IMG/VR virus record: IMGVR_UViG_3300045988_155985
Reading direction: 5' to 3' (one strand)
Source of the DNA: a virus
Taxonomy: Duplodnaviria > Heunggongvirae > Uroviricota > Caudoviricetes
DNA length: 48,901 bases
Positions 26,894 to 35,065 of this stretch are shown one piece after another. A model generated the notes under the pieces. The model did not search any database, was not told where the DNA came from, and saw only the letters and a program-made list of their open reading frames with translations. How positions within the stretch are numbered: position 1 is the first letter of the stretch; each line of letters starts with the position of its first letter. Made by a program: the position numbers and the translations under genes.

Positions 26894-27904
26894 TTAAACG
26901 CTCGCTACATTATACCAGGTGCCATTTATATACTTTTGAACGGGTCTGTAATAAACGCCCGCTATATTATCGGCAGAATTGGACCCTGTATCCTGAACAT
27001 TAATACCAGTCAATACATGACCTGACGGGCACTGGAAATTCCATGTTTGCCAGTTGTTCACGCCATAATATTGCTGTGAACCAAGTCGAACATCTTTCAC
27101 ATAACGGGAATCAAAGTTACCGTAATCTGAGGGATTAACACGCCCTGTAATATTTATGGTTTTATTACTTTGAATACTGCCGGAGACAAAGCGCATAACA
27201 TGGACGTTATTAGCATAAACATCCAGATACCCGTCGCCATTTTGTTTAAATCCCGTGTCATTATCACCCAAAACAATCGAGTTACCGCCAAGAGCACTGG
27301 ATGTACCGATGCCCAGTGCACCATTCAATTGACCTCCAGATAATGACAACGCCCCAACATCAGCAGCAGTCGGTTTAATGTGCGAACTGTAAATTACATA
27401 TACAGTTCCATCTGTCAGACCTGTTGGTTTATTCGCTGTATAAGTTGGTGATGTATGAATCGTTACGCTGGCGTTACTGGTATAATCCCACTGAATATTA
27501 ACACCTGTGGCGTAATTACCTATTTCAACATAAACATCATAGGTATCACCTGATGTATTCACCCATGCAAAATTAGTAAATCCAACCGATGTCCGTCGCC
27601 ATAACGCACCAGTAAGACCTTTTGGATTTCCATTTCCCGCACGAAGAACAAGTTCAGATATACCAGCCTGCATAGGGGAGTTAACATTATATCCAGCACC
27701 ACCAATCAGGCTTATGTAAACCACGGAACTGGCTTGTGGCATTGTTACAGTTGCCAGTTTGAACCATCCAGCACCACCACTAAAAGACATGGTTGTTGAA
27801 TTTGTTGTGCCGATATTACGCAGGAATAGTTTTTTATCGGGAATATCTGCGCCGTTCTGGTTTTTCTGTAATGCGCCAGAAGCCTGATTTACCGTTTCCT
27901 GCAA
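26894..27904 (-). CDS. alternative tail fibre C-terminal variable region (promoterless until inversion)
   Basis: Track start is TTG; encodes LQETVNQ which continues the fibre frame across the crossover site; shares [17 protein letters not shown] and C-terminal [11 protein letters not shown] with the plus-strand fibre. Confidence 0.7.
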   Translation of the reverse strand: MQETVNQASGALQKNQNGADIPDKKLFLRNIGTTNSTTMSFSGGAGWFKLATVTMPQASSVVYISLIGGAGYNVNSPMQAGISELVLRAGNGNPKGLTGALWRRTSVGFTNFAWVNTSGDTYDVYVEIGNYATGVNIQWDYTSNASVTIHTSPTYTANKPTGLTDGTVYVIYSSHIKPTAADVGALSLSGGQLNGALGIGTSSALGGNSIVLGDNDTGFKQNGDGYLDVYANNVHVMRFVSGSIQSNKTINITGRVNPSDYGNFDSRYVKDVRLGSQQYYGVNNWQTWNFQCPSGHVLTGINVQDTGSNSADNIAGVYYRPVQKYINGTWYNVASV

Positions 27905-27911
27905 ACCGAGG
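27888..27911. repeat. right inverted repeat / recombination site of the invertible segment
   Basis: TTTACCGTTTCCTGCAAACCGAGG, reverse complement of 24923-24946. Confidence 0.7.
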
Positions 27912-27985
27912 TTTTTGCGAATTGCCTCTGTGTCGTCTGAACGATATTTTTTCCCGCTTTTAGCAACAATCGCGGTTTAGAAAGT

Positions 27986-28540
27986 ATGCAATATGGTTAT
28001 GCGAGGGTGTCAACTTTTGACCAGAATTTGGAATTACAACTGGAGGCGCTCAGGAGTTTAGGATGTGACCGGATTTTTGAAGATAAAATATCCGGTGCTA
28101 AATCAAAACGACCAGGACTTGATAAGCTACTTAAGGTGTTACGGCCGGGCGATACGGTTATTGTCTGGAAGCTGGACCGAATGGGGCGTTCTCTGATTCA
28201 TCTTGTTGATTTACTTAACCATTTTTTATCAAACAACATTGAGTTTATTTCGATTACGGAAGGGATAAAAATTAGCACTTCAATTGGCCGCTTTGCCTAC
28301 ACGATGCTGAGTGCAGTCGCAGAGATGGAGCGGGAAAATATGATTGAAAGAACGCGTGCAGGATTGGCGGTGGCAAGGGCTAACGGCAGGATAGGAGGAC
28401 GCCGCTCAAAGCTGGCACCAGAGCAATGGGAACAGATCGGAAGGCTTATTGCGAATGGTGTTTCACGTAAGCGGATAGCGATTATCTTCGATGTTACCTT
28501 ATCCACGCTTTACCGCAGGTTTCCGGCTGGGAATCATTGA
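27986..28540 (+). CDS. serine-recombinase DNA invertase (Hin/Gin/Cin family)
   Basis: N-terminal GYARVSTFDQ with catalytic Ser, central resolvase motifs, C-terminal HTH; adjacent to the invertible segment. Confidence 0.9.
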   Translation: MQYGYARVSTFDQNLELQLEALRSLGCDRIFEDKISGAKSKRPGLDKLLKVLRPGDTVIVWKLDRMGRSLIHLVDLLNHFLSNNIEFISITEGIKISTSIGRFAYTMLSAVAEMERENMIERTRAGLAVARANGRIGGRRSKLAPEQWEQIGRLIANGVSRKRIAIIFDVTLSTLYRRFPAGNH

Positions 28541-28670
28541 CTGGAGTTAGGCCAGTAGTATGATGCTCGCAAAACGAGATCCAATTTAGATCCTTTTACT
28601 GGTGGATTATCGTTCGATCAGTGAGAGACTTCGTGCATGACCGAAAGTGTTGTGGTAGAGTTCTCTTAAA

Positions 28671-28685
28671 ACCACGTAACGTGGT
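28671..28685. promoter_or_regulatory. 15-bp palindrome ACCACGTAACGTGGT upstream of repA; same half-sites as the cI/cro operators
   Basis: Perfect ACCAC-N5-GTGGT palindrome. Confidence 0.4.
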
Positions 28686-28729
28686 TATGATTGTGGGTGT
28701 CTGGTTGGAAAGTGACCAGATATGGAAAC

Positions 28730-28850
28730 AAAAAGCCCGCAGATAAATCTGCGGGCTTCTTGCGACATCCACGGAAAACCAACAATTAACCATGGGCGCC
28801 TCGACAACTCCCATTATACGTTGGTTTTCCGTGGACGCAAGAGCGAACAT
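28730..28850 (-). ncRNA. candidate CopA-like antisense RNA against the repA leader
   Basis: Minus-strand terminator (hairpin 28735-28756 followed by T-run on the minus strand) and a 15-bp-stem hairpin at 28769-28834 just upstream of the repA ATG. Confidence 0.3.
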
Positions 28851-29699
28851 ATGGATAGACCAATGCCGTCTCTACGTTCAGCTTACGTTTGTAATTTGTC
28901 GCCGGAGTTCCAGCCTCCAAAGCACCATACGCACAAGCTGCCGCTGGTGTTATCTGATGCTTTACAGCGCATTAATGGGCGTGATCTTACGTGTGAGGTT
29001 GCGTTCTACGTTAATCAACCGTCAGAGCGGAAGCGCCGGATAAACGAGCATCGTCGTCGGGCGATTAATGCTGTGATCGCTGCGATTTTGCACCATGTAA
29101 ACATCATTTCTAAGCGGGTTCTGGCTAGTGCTGAGGCGTTGGCTGATTTTTGCGGCCTGTCTACCGTATCCGAAGCTGGGAACAAGTCTATAACGCGCTG
29201 TACAAGGGCGTTGTCGCAACTGAAAGCGTTAGGTTTTATTGATTATGAACGTCGCTGGGATCGGGTGAATAAACAGTATTGGCCAGCGAAAATAGAGATT
29301 CGTGATCAACTGCTGGAAACCGTTGGTATTACTGAACAAGCATGGAGACGTGCGGTTAGCCAGAAACTTAATTACTTCAATGCGAAGAATAGCGAACGGC
29401 TTAAAAAAGCGATAACGGAGGCTGATTATAAGCGTATTGTTATTCAGGAGCAGATGGAGAATGTATGGCGTCAGAGGAAGACGGCCAGAGAGATAAAGGC
29501 AAAACAGAAAGCAGCGGAGAGAGCTGCGCGTCTTGTTCGGGAAAAGGGAGAGGCCGAACTTCGTCATCAAATCACTAGAGAGGTTAGCCAGGAATTTGCT
29601 GATGGCATGTATCCTGGAGCTGACCTTGCATATTTACGATCCCTCGTTGAGCAGCGTTATAACAGGTTAAGAAAGACCTGGAAATCACTCCAACATTAA
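28851..29699 (+). CDS. repA: plasmid replication initiator RepA, IncFII RepA1-like
   Basis: Segment GNKSITRCTRALSQLKALGFIDY matches recalled RepA1 GKLSITRATRALTFLSELGLITY; basic C-terminal half; ATG 28851 preferred over track start 28722 because the leader is structured. Confidence 0.7.
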   Translation: MDRPMPSLRSAYVCNLSPEFQPPKHHTHKLPLVLSDALQRINGRDLTCEVAFYVNQPSERKRRINEHRRRAINAVIAAILHHVNIISKRVLASAEALADFCGLSTVSEAGNKSITRCTRALSQLKALGFIDYERRWDRVNKQYWPAKIEIRDQLLETVGITEQAWRRAVSQKLNYFNAKNSERLKKAITEADYKRIVIQEQMENVWRQRKTAREIKAKQKAAERAARLVREKGEAELRHQITREVSQEFADGMYPGADLAYLRSLVEQRYNRLRKTWKSLQH

Positions 29700-30330
29700 C
29701 CCACCTGAATGATGAATCCGGTTTTACCGGAGGATTATCTACGTCGCAATAAAATATCTGTTCAAAAAACAATCTAAATTAATTTTCTCTAAACCTGAAC
29801 ACAGCGTAAATATCGCCTTTACAGGCATCAGCTAATCAAGTTATCCACAGTTTTGATATGTATATGCAAATGGTTTTTTATAATAGATGCACTAAACAAA
29901 TAAATGCAAAATCACTTTCTTTTATTAAAACTTTCTTTATTTAACTTACGCAGGCTTTGCCTGTGAATATGTTCGCCCTTGCAGCGAGCTAAAGCTCGCG
30001 CCGGTTCGAATCGCTACGCTCAAATATACCTCCTCCGGCACTTGCCGGAGGCATGGAGCAGCCTGATCATCCTTTTCGAAACGGCACGTTTCGAACTATA
30101 CAAAATCAATTTATATAAGGCCGAAACAAGGCCTACGGCCGGGCTTTGCAGGAGGAAGGGGCGAGCCTTATCAATAAACGTCGATAAATACGCACACAGT
30201 AGCCATCAGAACGCGATAAAACGTAAGAAACATCATTTCCTATTAGACATAGAAAACTTGTCTTATACGCAATGTAGTAAATTTCTATTGCCACATAGGA
30301 AAAGATTTCCTACCATCGTAGATATAATAA
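29700..30330. promoter_or_regulatory. candidate vegetative origin region downstream of repA
   Basis: Perfect DnaA box TTATCCACA at 29841-29849; AT-rich stretch; perfect palindromes at 29985-29998, 30032-30051 and 30075-30095. Confidence 0.4.
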
Positions 30331-30342
30331 ATGGAGATGGTT

Positions 30343-30630
30343 ATGGATAAAGATACTGTTTTAAAAATGTTGAATCCGGCTTGTTTAAAAAAAGCGGATG
30401 AATGGGAATCTCCTACATGTGGAGAAGTTCGGGCAGTCATTGGCCTGACCGGAATGAGCGGCTCGCAGTTGGCCAAAAAACTTGGCTTAAAAGATAGTCG
30501 CAATGTTCGCAACTGGCAGATGTTAAAGGAGTCCACATCCAGATCCAGCATTCCGTATGCAGCCTGGGCGCTGCTGTGTTACTTCGCTGGGTTAGGGTTA
30601 ATCTTCATTGATAACAAAACAGATGTTTGA
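30343..30630 (+). CDS. HTH (Xre-like) protein with C-terminal hydrophobic helix
   Basis: Segment MSGSQLAKKLGLKDSRNVRNWQ HTH-like; C-terminal IPYAAWALLCYFAGLGLIF. Confidence 0.4.
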   Translation: MDKDTVLKMLNPACLKKADEWESPTCGEVRAVIGLTGMSGSQLAKKLGLKDSRNVRNWQMLKESTSRSSIPYAAWALLCYFAGLGLIFIDNKTDV

Positions 30631-30653
30631 AACATGCAAATATGAGGTTTGTT

Positions 30654-30917
30654 ATGGAACTTGTACGCAAAACACGCAAAGAGTTCTTGGACCTGTATCG
30701 CATGGGAGCTTTCACTTGTGTTGTGGCTACCCAGGACGAAGTGACAAAAAGCTGGCGGCTTTTTGCTCTCAATAAAAAAGGGATTGCCGTTTTCATTGAA
30801 AAAGCCCGTGGTGGTATCCGCGAATGGGCGGGATTGAATTATGTGGCTGATTTTTGCGCAGCTATGGGGATTCGTCGCTGGGAAGTCCATATGCCAGGAG
30901 TAAAGTCACAAAAATAG
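30654..30917 (+). CDS. hypothetical protein, about 87 aa
   Basis: ORF track (TTG 30627); ATG 30654 has GAGG 7 nt upstream. Confidence 0.4.
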   Translation: MELVRKTRKEFLDLYRMGAFTCVVATQDEVTKSWRLFALNKKGIAVFIEKARGGIREWAGLNYVADFCAAMGIRRWEVHMPGVKSQK

Positions 30918-31106
30918 GGATTTCGCGTCGAAAATGAGGCGAAACTGAAAACGAGATTTCATTAACAAATAAGCAACATAAAAAACGGTGGAAAACGCCC
31001 AGGAAAACATGATCTTTTGAGCGGATTTTTTAGATCCGACAATGAACGGTGATCCGGTGGTGCCGATAACGTCCATTATGTTAAATAGCCCCGTTTTTCT
31101 TGAAAT

Positions 31107-31152
31107 TATAACTCACAGGTTATATAGTTAGTGATATAAACTACAGGTTATA
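31107..31152. promoter_or_regulatory. two operator-like palindromes upstream of the toxin-antitoxin pair
   Basis: TATAAC-N6-GTTATA at 31107-31124 and TATAAA-N6-GTTATA at 31135-31152. Confidence 0.4.
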
Positions 31153-31161
31153 GGATTGAGC

Positions 31162-31509
31162 ATGTGGACGGTACTTTTTAGCCAGCGATTTGACGACTGG
31201 CTAAATGAGCAAGAAGACGCTCTTCAGGAAAAGGTTTTGGCTGATTTGAAAAAGCTACAGGTTTACGGACCTGAGTTACCCAGGCCATATGCCGATACCG
31301 TAAAAGGTTCTCGGTACAAAAATATGAAAGAGCTTCGCGTTCAGTTTTCTGGCCGTCCGATAAGAGCCTTTTATGCGTTCGATCCGATTCGCCGGGCCAT
31401 CGTTCTTTGTGCAGGAGACAAAAGTAACGATAAACGGTTTTATGAAAAACTGGTGCGTATAGCTGAGGATGAGTTTGCAGCACATCTGAACACACTGGAG
31501 AGCAAGTAA
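31162..31509 (+). CDS. RelE/ParE-superfamily toxin, HigB-like
   Basis: About 115 aa; toxin-first order followed by HTH antitoxin; ATG 31162 after AGGA (track start 31156 is TTG). Confidence 0.6.
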   Translation: MWTVLFSQRFDDWLNEQEDALQEKVLADLKKLQVYGPELPRPYADTVKGSRYKNMKELRVQFSGRPIRAFYAFDPIRRAIVLCAGDKSNDKRFYEKLVRIAEDEFAAHLNTLESK

Positions 31510-31808
31510 TGAGAACATTAGATGAGGTGATTGCCAGCCGTTCACCTGAAAGCCAGGCGCGAATTAAAGAAATGGCAGATGAGATGATTCTTGAGGTCGG
31601 CTTGCAGATGATGCGTGAAGAACTCCAGTTATCACAAAAACAGGTTGCTGAGGCGATGGGTATAAGCCAGCCAGCAGTAACAAAGCTGGAGCAGCGCGGA
31701 AATGATTTAAAGCTGGCGACATTAAAGCGTTACGTTGAAGCTATGGGAGGCAAATTAAGCCTGGATGTTGAGCTTCCTACAGGAAAGCGAGTAGCGTTCC
31801 ATGTCTAA
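31509..31808 (+). CDS. HTH Xre-family antitoxin, HigA-like
   Basis: HTH LSQKQVAEAMGISQPAVTKLE; start overlaps toxin stop. Confidence 0.65.
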   Translation: MRTLDEVIASRSPESQARIKEMADEMILEVGLQMMREELQLSQKQVAEAMGISQPAVTKLEQRGNDLKLATLKRYVEAMGGKLSLDVELPTGKRVAFHV

Positions 31809-31816
31809 CATAATGT

Positions 31817-31835
31817 AAGGCCCCATTGGGGCCTT
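31817..31835. terminator. hairpin between convergent genes
   Basis: AAGGCCCC-ATT-GGGGCCTT between higA-like stop and the minus-strand gene stop. Confidence 0.4.
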
Positions 31836-31841
31836 ACTTAT

Positions 31842-32126
31842 TTACTTACCATTTTTGCGGTTTTTTTCGGACTTCATAAGCTGGCTAACGCGCCCTGGTG
31901 TGATATTTAACATGCGGCTTACTTCAGCTTGTGATCCTACTTCCTCTACTAGCGATGCAACATAGCGAGATTTTCCTGAGGAGGTTAATCCATTATATGT
32001 TGCTCGTACGACTTTTCCCTGAGCTTCTCTCATATCAACTAATGCCTGAGCAACCTGCTCAAAACCTTTAATTGTTACTTCTGTTAATGCTCGAATAGCA
32101 TCAATTTCAGATTTTTGTTTAGCCAT
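31842..32126 (-). CDS. putative HTH DNA-binding regulator
   Basis: HTH-like segment QAEVSRMLNITPGRVSQLM; ATG 32126 after GAGGTG. Confidence 0.45.
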   Translation of the reverse strand: MAKQKSEIDAIRALTEVTIKGFEQVAQALVDMREAQGKVVRATYNGLTSSGKSRYVASLVEEVGSQAEVSRMLNITPGRVSQLMKSEKNRKNGK

Positions 32127-32280
32127 TTGGCACCTCAAATTGTTTAAAATGTGTTAATTACAAAATTCAGCCGATACCATGTTCAATGGTATAGCATTGC
32201 TGAAATGTCTTTTTCAAGACCTTGCCAATAAGCTAAACAAAAATGTTTAATGCTTCGCCTAAAAAAACACCAGTTACTAT

Positions 32281-32393
32281 TATTTATATAATTATAGATT
32301 TATATAAAAAGTGCTTTACAGGTGGGAAAAAATTTCCTAAGGTTATACCCGAAACCGAGCGATACCCGCCCTGGTTAAACCGGAGATAACCCG
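32281..32393 (+). promoter_or_regulatory. promoter-operator-leader cassette, copy B
   Basis: AT-rich repeat 32281-32310; -35-like TTTACA 32315-32320; 17-bp spacer with inverted repeat GGAAA-AAA-TTTCC; -10-like TAAGGT 32338-32343; conserved 50-nt leader. Confidence 0.5.
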
Positions 32394-32774
32394 ATGAGCA
32401 TGATTAAAATCCGCAAAAACGCTTTCCTTAAAATTCAAACTATCCTGGCTGGTTCTGTTGGCGTGATTTGCCGTTCTTCCTCAAGCCGCATCGATGACGG
32501 CTACGATGATGAGTATCGTGTGTCCTCATGCGATGAGGCTTTAACCTGGCTGAAGGAGAATCAGGAACGTGCCCAGGTATATCTGGAAACAGAGAACGGC
32601 AATCAGATGCTGCGTATTAGCGGTCGTTATGGATTTGAAACTACATTCATGGCCTATTTTAATCAGGCTTACTTTGACAAGGAGTTGGCTTGGTACACTG
32701 ATCGCATGAGCAAAAGCGAGCCAGCCCCGATTACACCGCCGAACAATAAACCATTTTTATTCCTCGTTAAGTAA
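32394..32774 (+). CDS. hypothetical protein, 126 aa, first gene of cassette B
   Basis: ORF track; ATG within conserved leader context. Confidence 0.5.
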   Translation: MSMIKIRKNAFLKIQTILAGSVGVICRSSSSRIDDGYDDEYRVSSCDEALTWLKENQERAQVYLETENGNQMLRISGRYGFETTFMAYFNQAYFDKELAWYTDRMSKSEPAPITPPNNKPFLFLVK

Positions 32775-32782
32775 ACACAATG

Positions 32783-32809
32783 CGCAAAGTGTCATTTTGA
32801 CACTTTGCG
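32783..32809. promoter_or_regulatory. perfect 27-bp palindrome (12-bp arms), candidate operator
   Basis: CGCAAAGTGTCA-TTT-TGACACTTTGCG; half-site AAAGTGTCATTTTGA recurs at 41116-41130. Confidence 0.35.
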
Positions 32810-32837
32810 AGTGTTAATATTGTGCGAGGAGGGTGCT

Positions 32838-33110
32838 ATGACGGGTTATGAATTGAAATTATGGCGTCGTGGGATGAACTGGACGCAGGAGCGAGCCGCC
32901 GAAGAATTTGGGATATCGTTGGCTACATATAAGCGATATGAGAAGGGGGAGCCGCCGAGGGTCATTGAGATGGCCATTCGCGTTCTGTCGTTTGACGATA
33001 TGGTGAAGGATCTTTCACACCTTGATAAAGACGCGATTCTGTTAAGGCTGCAAACCCTTGTATGGGAAAAGGTTAAAGTGTCGTCAGAATTGGAACAAGG
33101 GATCAAATGA
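32838..33110 (+). CDS. HTH (Xre-like) transcriptional regulator
   Basis: HTH WTQERAAEEFGISLATYKRYE; ATG 32838 after GAGGAGGG (track start 32805 is TTG inside the palindrome). Confidence 0.55.
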   Translation: MTGYELKLWRRGMNWTQERAAEEFGISLATYKRYEKGEPPRVIEMAIRVLSFDDMVKDLSHLDKDAILLRLQTLVWEKVKVSSELEQGIK

Positions 33111-33155
33111 TCCTTTACGGATCGTTTTATGGTGGTGTAATGTAAGCGCCAGAAA

Positions 33156-33186
33156 GACAAAAACCGCCTTGCCGGGCGGTTTTCAG
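33156..33186. terminator. bidirectional rho-independent terminator
   Basis: Hairpin AACCGCC-TTGCCG-GGCGGTT flanked by A-run and T-run. Confidence 0.55.
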
Positions 33187-33919
33187 TCTGAAATTTAAAT
33201 CTTGCTTGGTAGGCTGGATTTAAAAAGACACCTCTTGATTGGGGCGGCTTTCTTGCGTCTAAAGATAATCAAATCTTTTTGCGCCTGCAACCCCTTTTTT
33301 ACTGGTGCCCATTTCAGACTCACGCTCGCGTCGTTGTCTTTGCCACTTCGTTGGGTTCGGTGTTTTTGGGCGAAGTGGCGCGCGGGTATGCGTACAAGGG
33401 GAAAGTGTGCTGACGCAAGCCAGGAACAGCGATCTAAACTAAGTCGAGTCTGAGAAAGGCAGGAGTGCGACAACTCGCCTGTGCTCTATGAGCAGAAGAA
33501 GGTATATCAGACGACCAATGGCATGATTGTGGGCCACAGGGCGCACACGGCGGCGAAGCATTGGAAACGATGTGGAGCTATCTGGTGGCATGAGTTCCGG
33601 TACTCGATCTCGAGCTTTTTTTGATGCTTTTGAGAAGGGGCCGGAACTCCGGTAAAGGGCACCCTGTATGGGGGGAGGGGGGGTTGTGTCTGAAGGGTGG
33701 TTATCGGTTATGGTGGAATTATGATGCGTAGAAAAGCGAGTTTGCTGCAAGCTATTGGGTCCATTATTTCTTTGTTTCCGGCAGTTGATCATTTTCGTCA
33801 TATGGCGACACGTTCCAGTATGGGCTTGGCGCGTGACGCTGACGCTATTCGAAAGGATTTTCAGAAAGTCTCTGGTGTTGATAAGAGAGAAAAGAGTAAG
33901 GGGCCGTAGCCCCTTGTAG

Positions 33920-35065
33920 TTATGGTCTGCTTTTCTGTGCCAGCTTATCAGCACATGTTTTTATCAGATCCTGTAGTGTCCTGGCTGGCAGGTTTGCATC
34001 CAGAACGCTGAGTATGCTGTTGTGATCAGCCTGGTCGACTACTTTGCCTGTCGGTGGTAGTAGCTTGAGCTGAGGATTCAGGTTTTCGTCAAAGCTGATA
34101 AGTGCTCTGGCGTTTCTGAGCAGATCAAGAAGTAAGGCTGATATCACATTTTCCTGAGTCATTGCTGGCAGATTTAGCGCCGCTTTAGTTTTCCCTGTTG
34201 CCTTGTCAAACTCCTTGATTAGTTCCTTCCTGTAGTTCGGTTCCGTTAATAGCCGATTATGCTCTGTTGCCGCGCGGATAATCGTTTTTTCCTGGTATAG
34301 TCGTTTAGCCAGATCACGCTCGTACTGTGTTTTTAACACGCTGCTGATAGCGTTAAAGGCTTCAATGTAGGCCAGCTTGATATCTTTCACGCCTGGACCG
34401 TCGATGCTCTCCATGAGCAAGGTAAATCCGTCTTTTGTCATGCGATAGATTGTTATTTCGCGGTCGCTTCCTTCCAGCGGTCGTTGTTCTTTAAAAAAGT
34501 GACGCGCCGCAGCTGTGCGAGGAATGCGTAACGCATCGATGGCCATAACGATGGAATTGTTTGTGGTGCTGAATGCCTGGGCAACATCGGCTGAGGTTGT
34601 GAGTGGCTCGTTATTGCACACCTTAATGTAAAACATCGGTTTGGCGTTGAGCGTATCGACAACCTCACGAGCATTGTTTGGCGAGACGGTTACGGTCGCG
34701 GCCGTTTGCGCGTTCTGGTTGAAATAGCAGTCTTCCAGTTTTTCGAACACATCCCAAGCCTGATCGGTTTCAAGCATTTTGGCGTGACGTGCAGCCCCGC
34801 GTTCTGTCCAGAGGATGAGGGAGCGGACTTTAGGTGAAACTGGATTTTGTGAGTAGTTTAAAGCTACCCGCAATTCTTTAAGGTCATTACCAACAACTTT
34901 GAAAAAGTGTTTCCCTTCAACGAAACGTACTTTGTTCTCATGATGATTCTGGCGAATACGCACCGGCTCAGTGCCGTAAAGCTGTGCCAGTAACTCGGTA
35001 GTAATGACAGGGATTTGGTTATGCAGGATAGGCTGTAGGGTGTTAACGGTCGGAAGCGTTTTCAT
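33920..35065 (-). CDS. antirepressor (Ant-like) with ORF6N/Rha-like domains
   Basis: 381 aa; N-terminal VITTELLAQLYG and central ADVAQAFS segments resemble antirepressor/Rha-family domains. Confidence 0.7.
   Translation of the reverse strand: MKTLPTVNTLQPILHNQIPVITTELLAQLYGTEPVRIRQNHHENKVRFVEGKHFFKVVGNDLKELRVALNYSQNPVSPKVRSLILWTERGAARHAKMLETDQAWDVFEKLEDCYFNQNAQTAATVTVSPNNAREVVDTLNAKPMFYIKVCNNEPLTTSADVAQAFSTTNNSIVMAIDALRIPRTAAARHFFKEQRPLEGSDREITIYRMTKDGFTLLMESIDGPGVKDIKLAYIEAFNAISSVLKTQYERDLAKRLYQEKTIIRAATEHNRLLTEPNYRKELIKEFDKATGKTKAALNLPAMTQENVISALLLDLLRNARALISFDENLNPQLKLLPPTGKVVDQADHNSILSVLDANLPARTLQDLIKTCADKLAQKSRP

Larger units (their letters stand above)
24923..27911. mobile_element. invertible tail-fibre host-range segment (G/C-segment type), about 2.99 kb
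   Basis: Perfect 24-bp inverted repeats; two alternative fibre C-termini and two convergent tail-fibre assembly genes inside; serine invertase gene adjacent. Confidence 0.75.

Noticed and set aside
26894-27904. Stand-alone minus-strand gene with its own start codon
   Set aside because: The track Met is a TTG inside the crossover site; the reading frame continues the fibre constant region after inversion, so it is a silent alternative exon.
28722-28850. Extended RepA N-terminus (track start 28722) and minus-strand ORF 28596-28850
   Set aside because: This stretch holds a terminator hairpin and a 15-bp-stem hairpin typical of an antisense-regulated leader; translation through it is unlikely, so RepA is started at ATG 28851 and the minus ORF is treated as non-coding.
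33670-33684. G-tract as a G-quadruplex element
   Set aside because: Only one long G-run interrupted by a single A; without further G-runs at appropriate spacing a quadruplex cannot be supported from sequence alone.
33195-33954. Minus-strand ORFs 33195-33473 and 33439-33954
   Set aside because: Pro/Ser/Arg-rich low-complexity translations overlapping the ant terminator and structured repeats; no start context.
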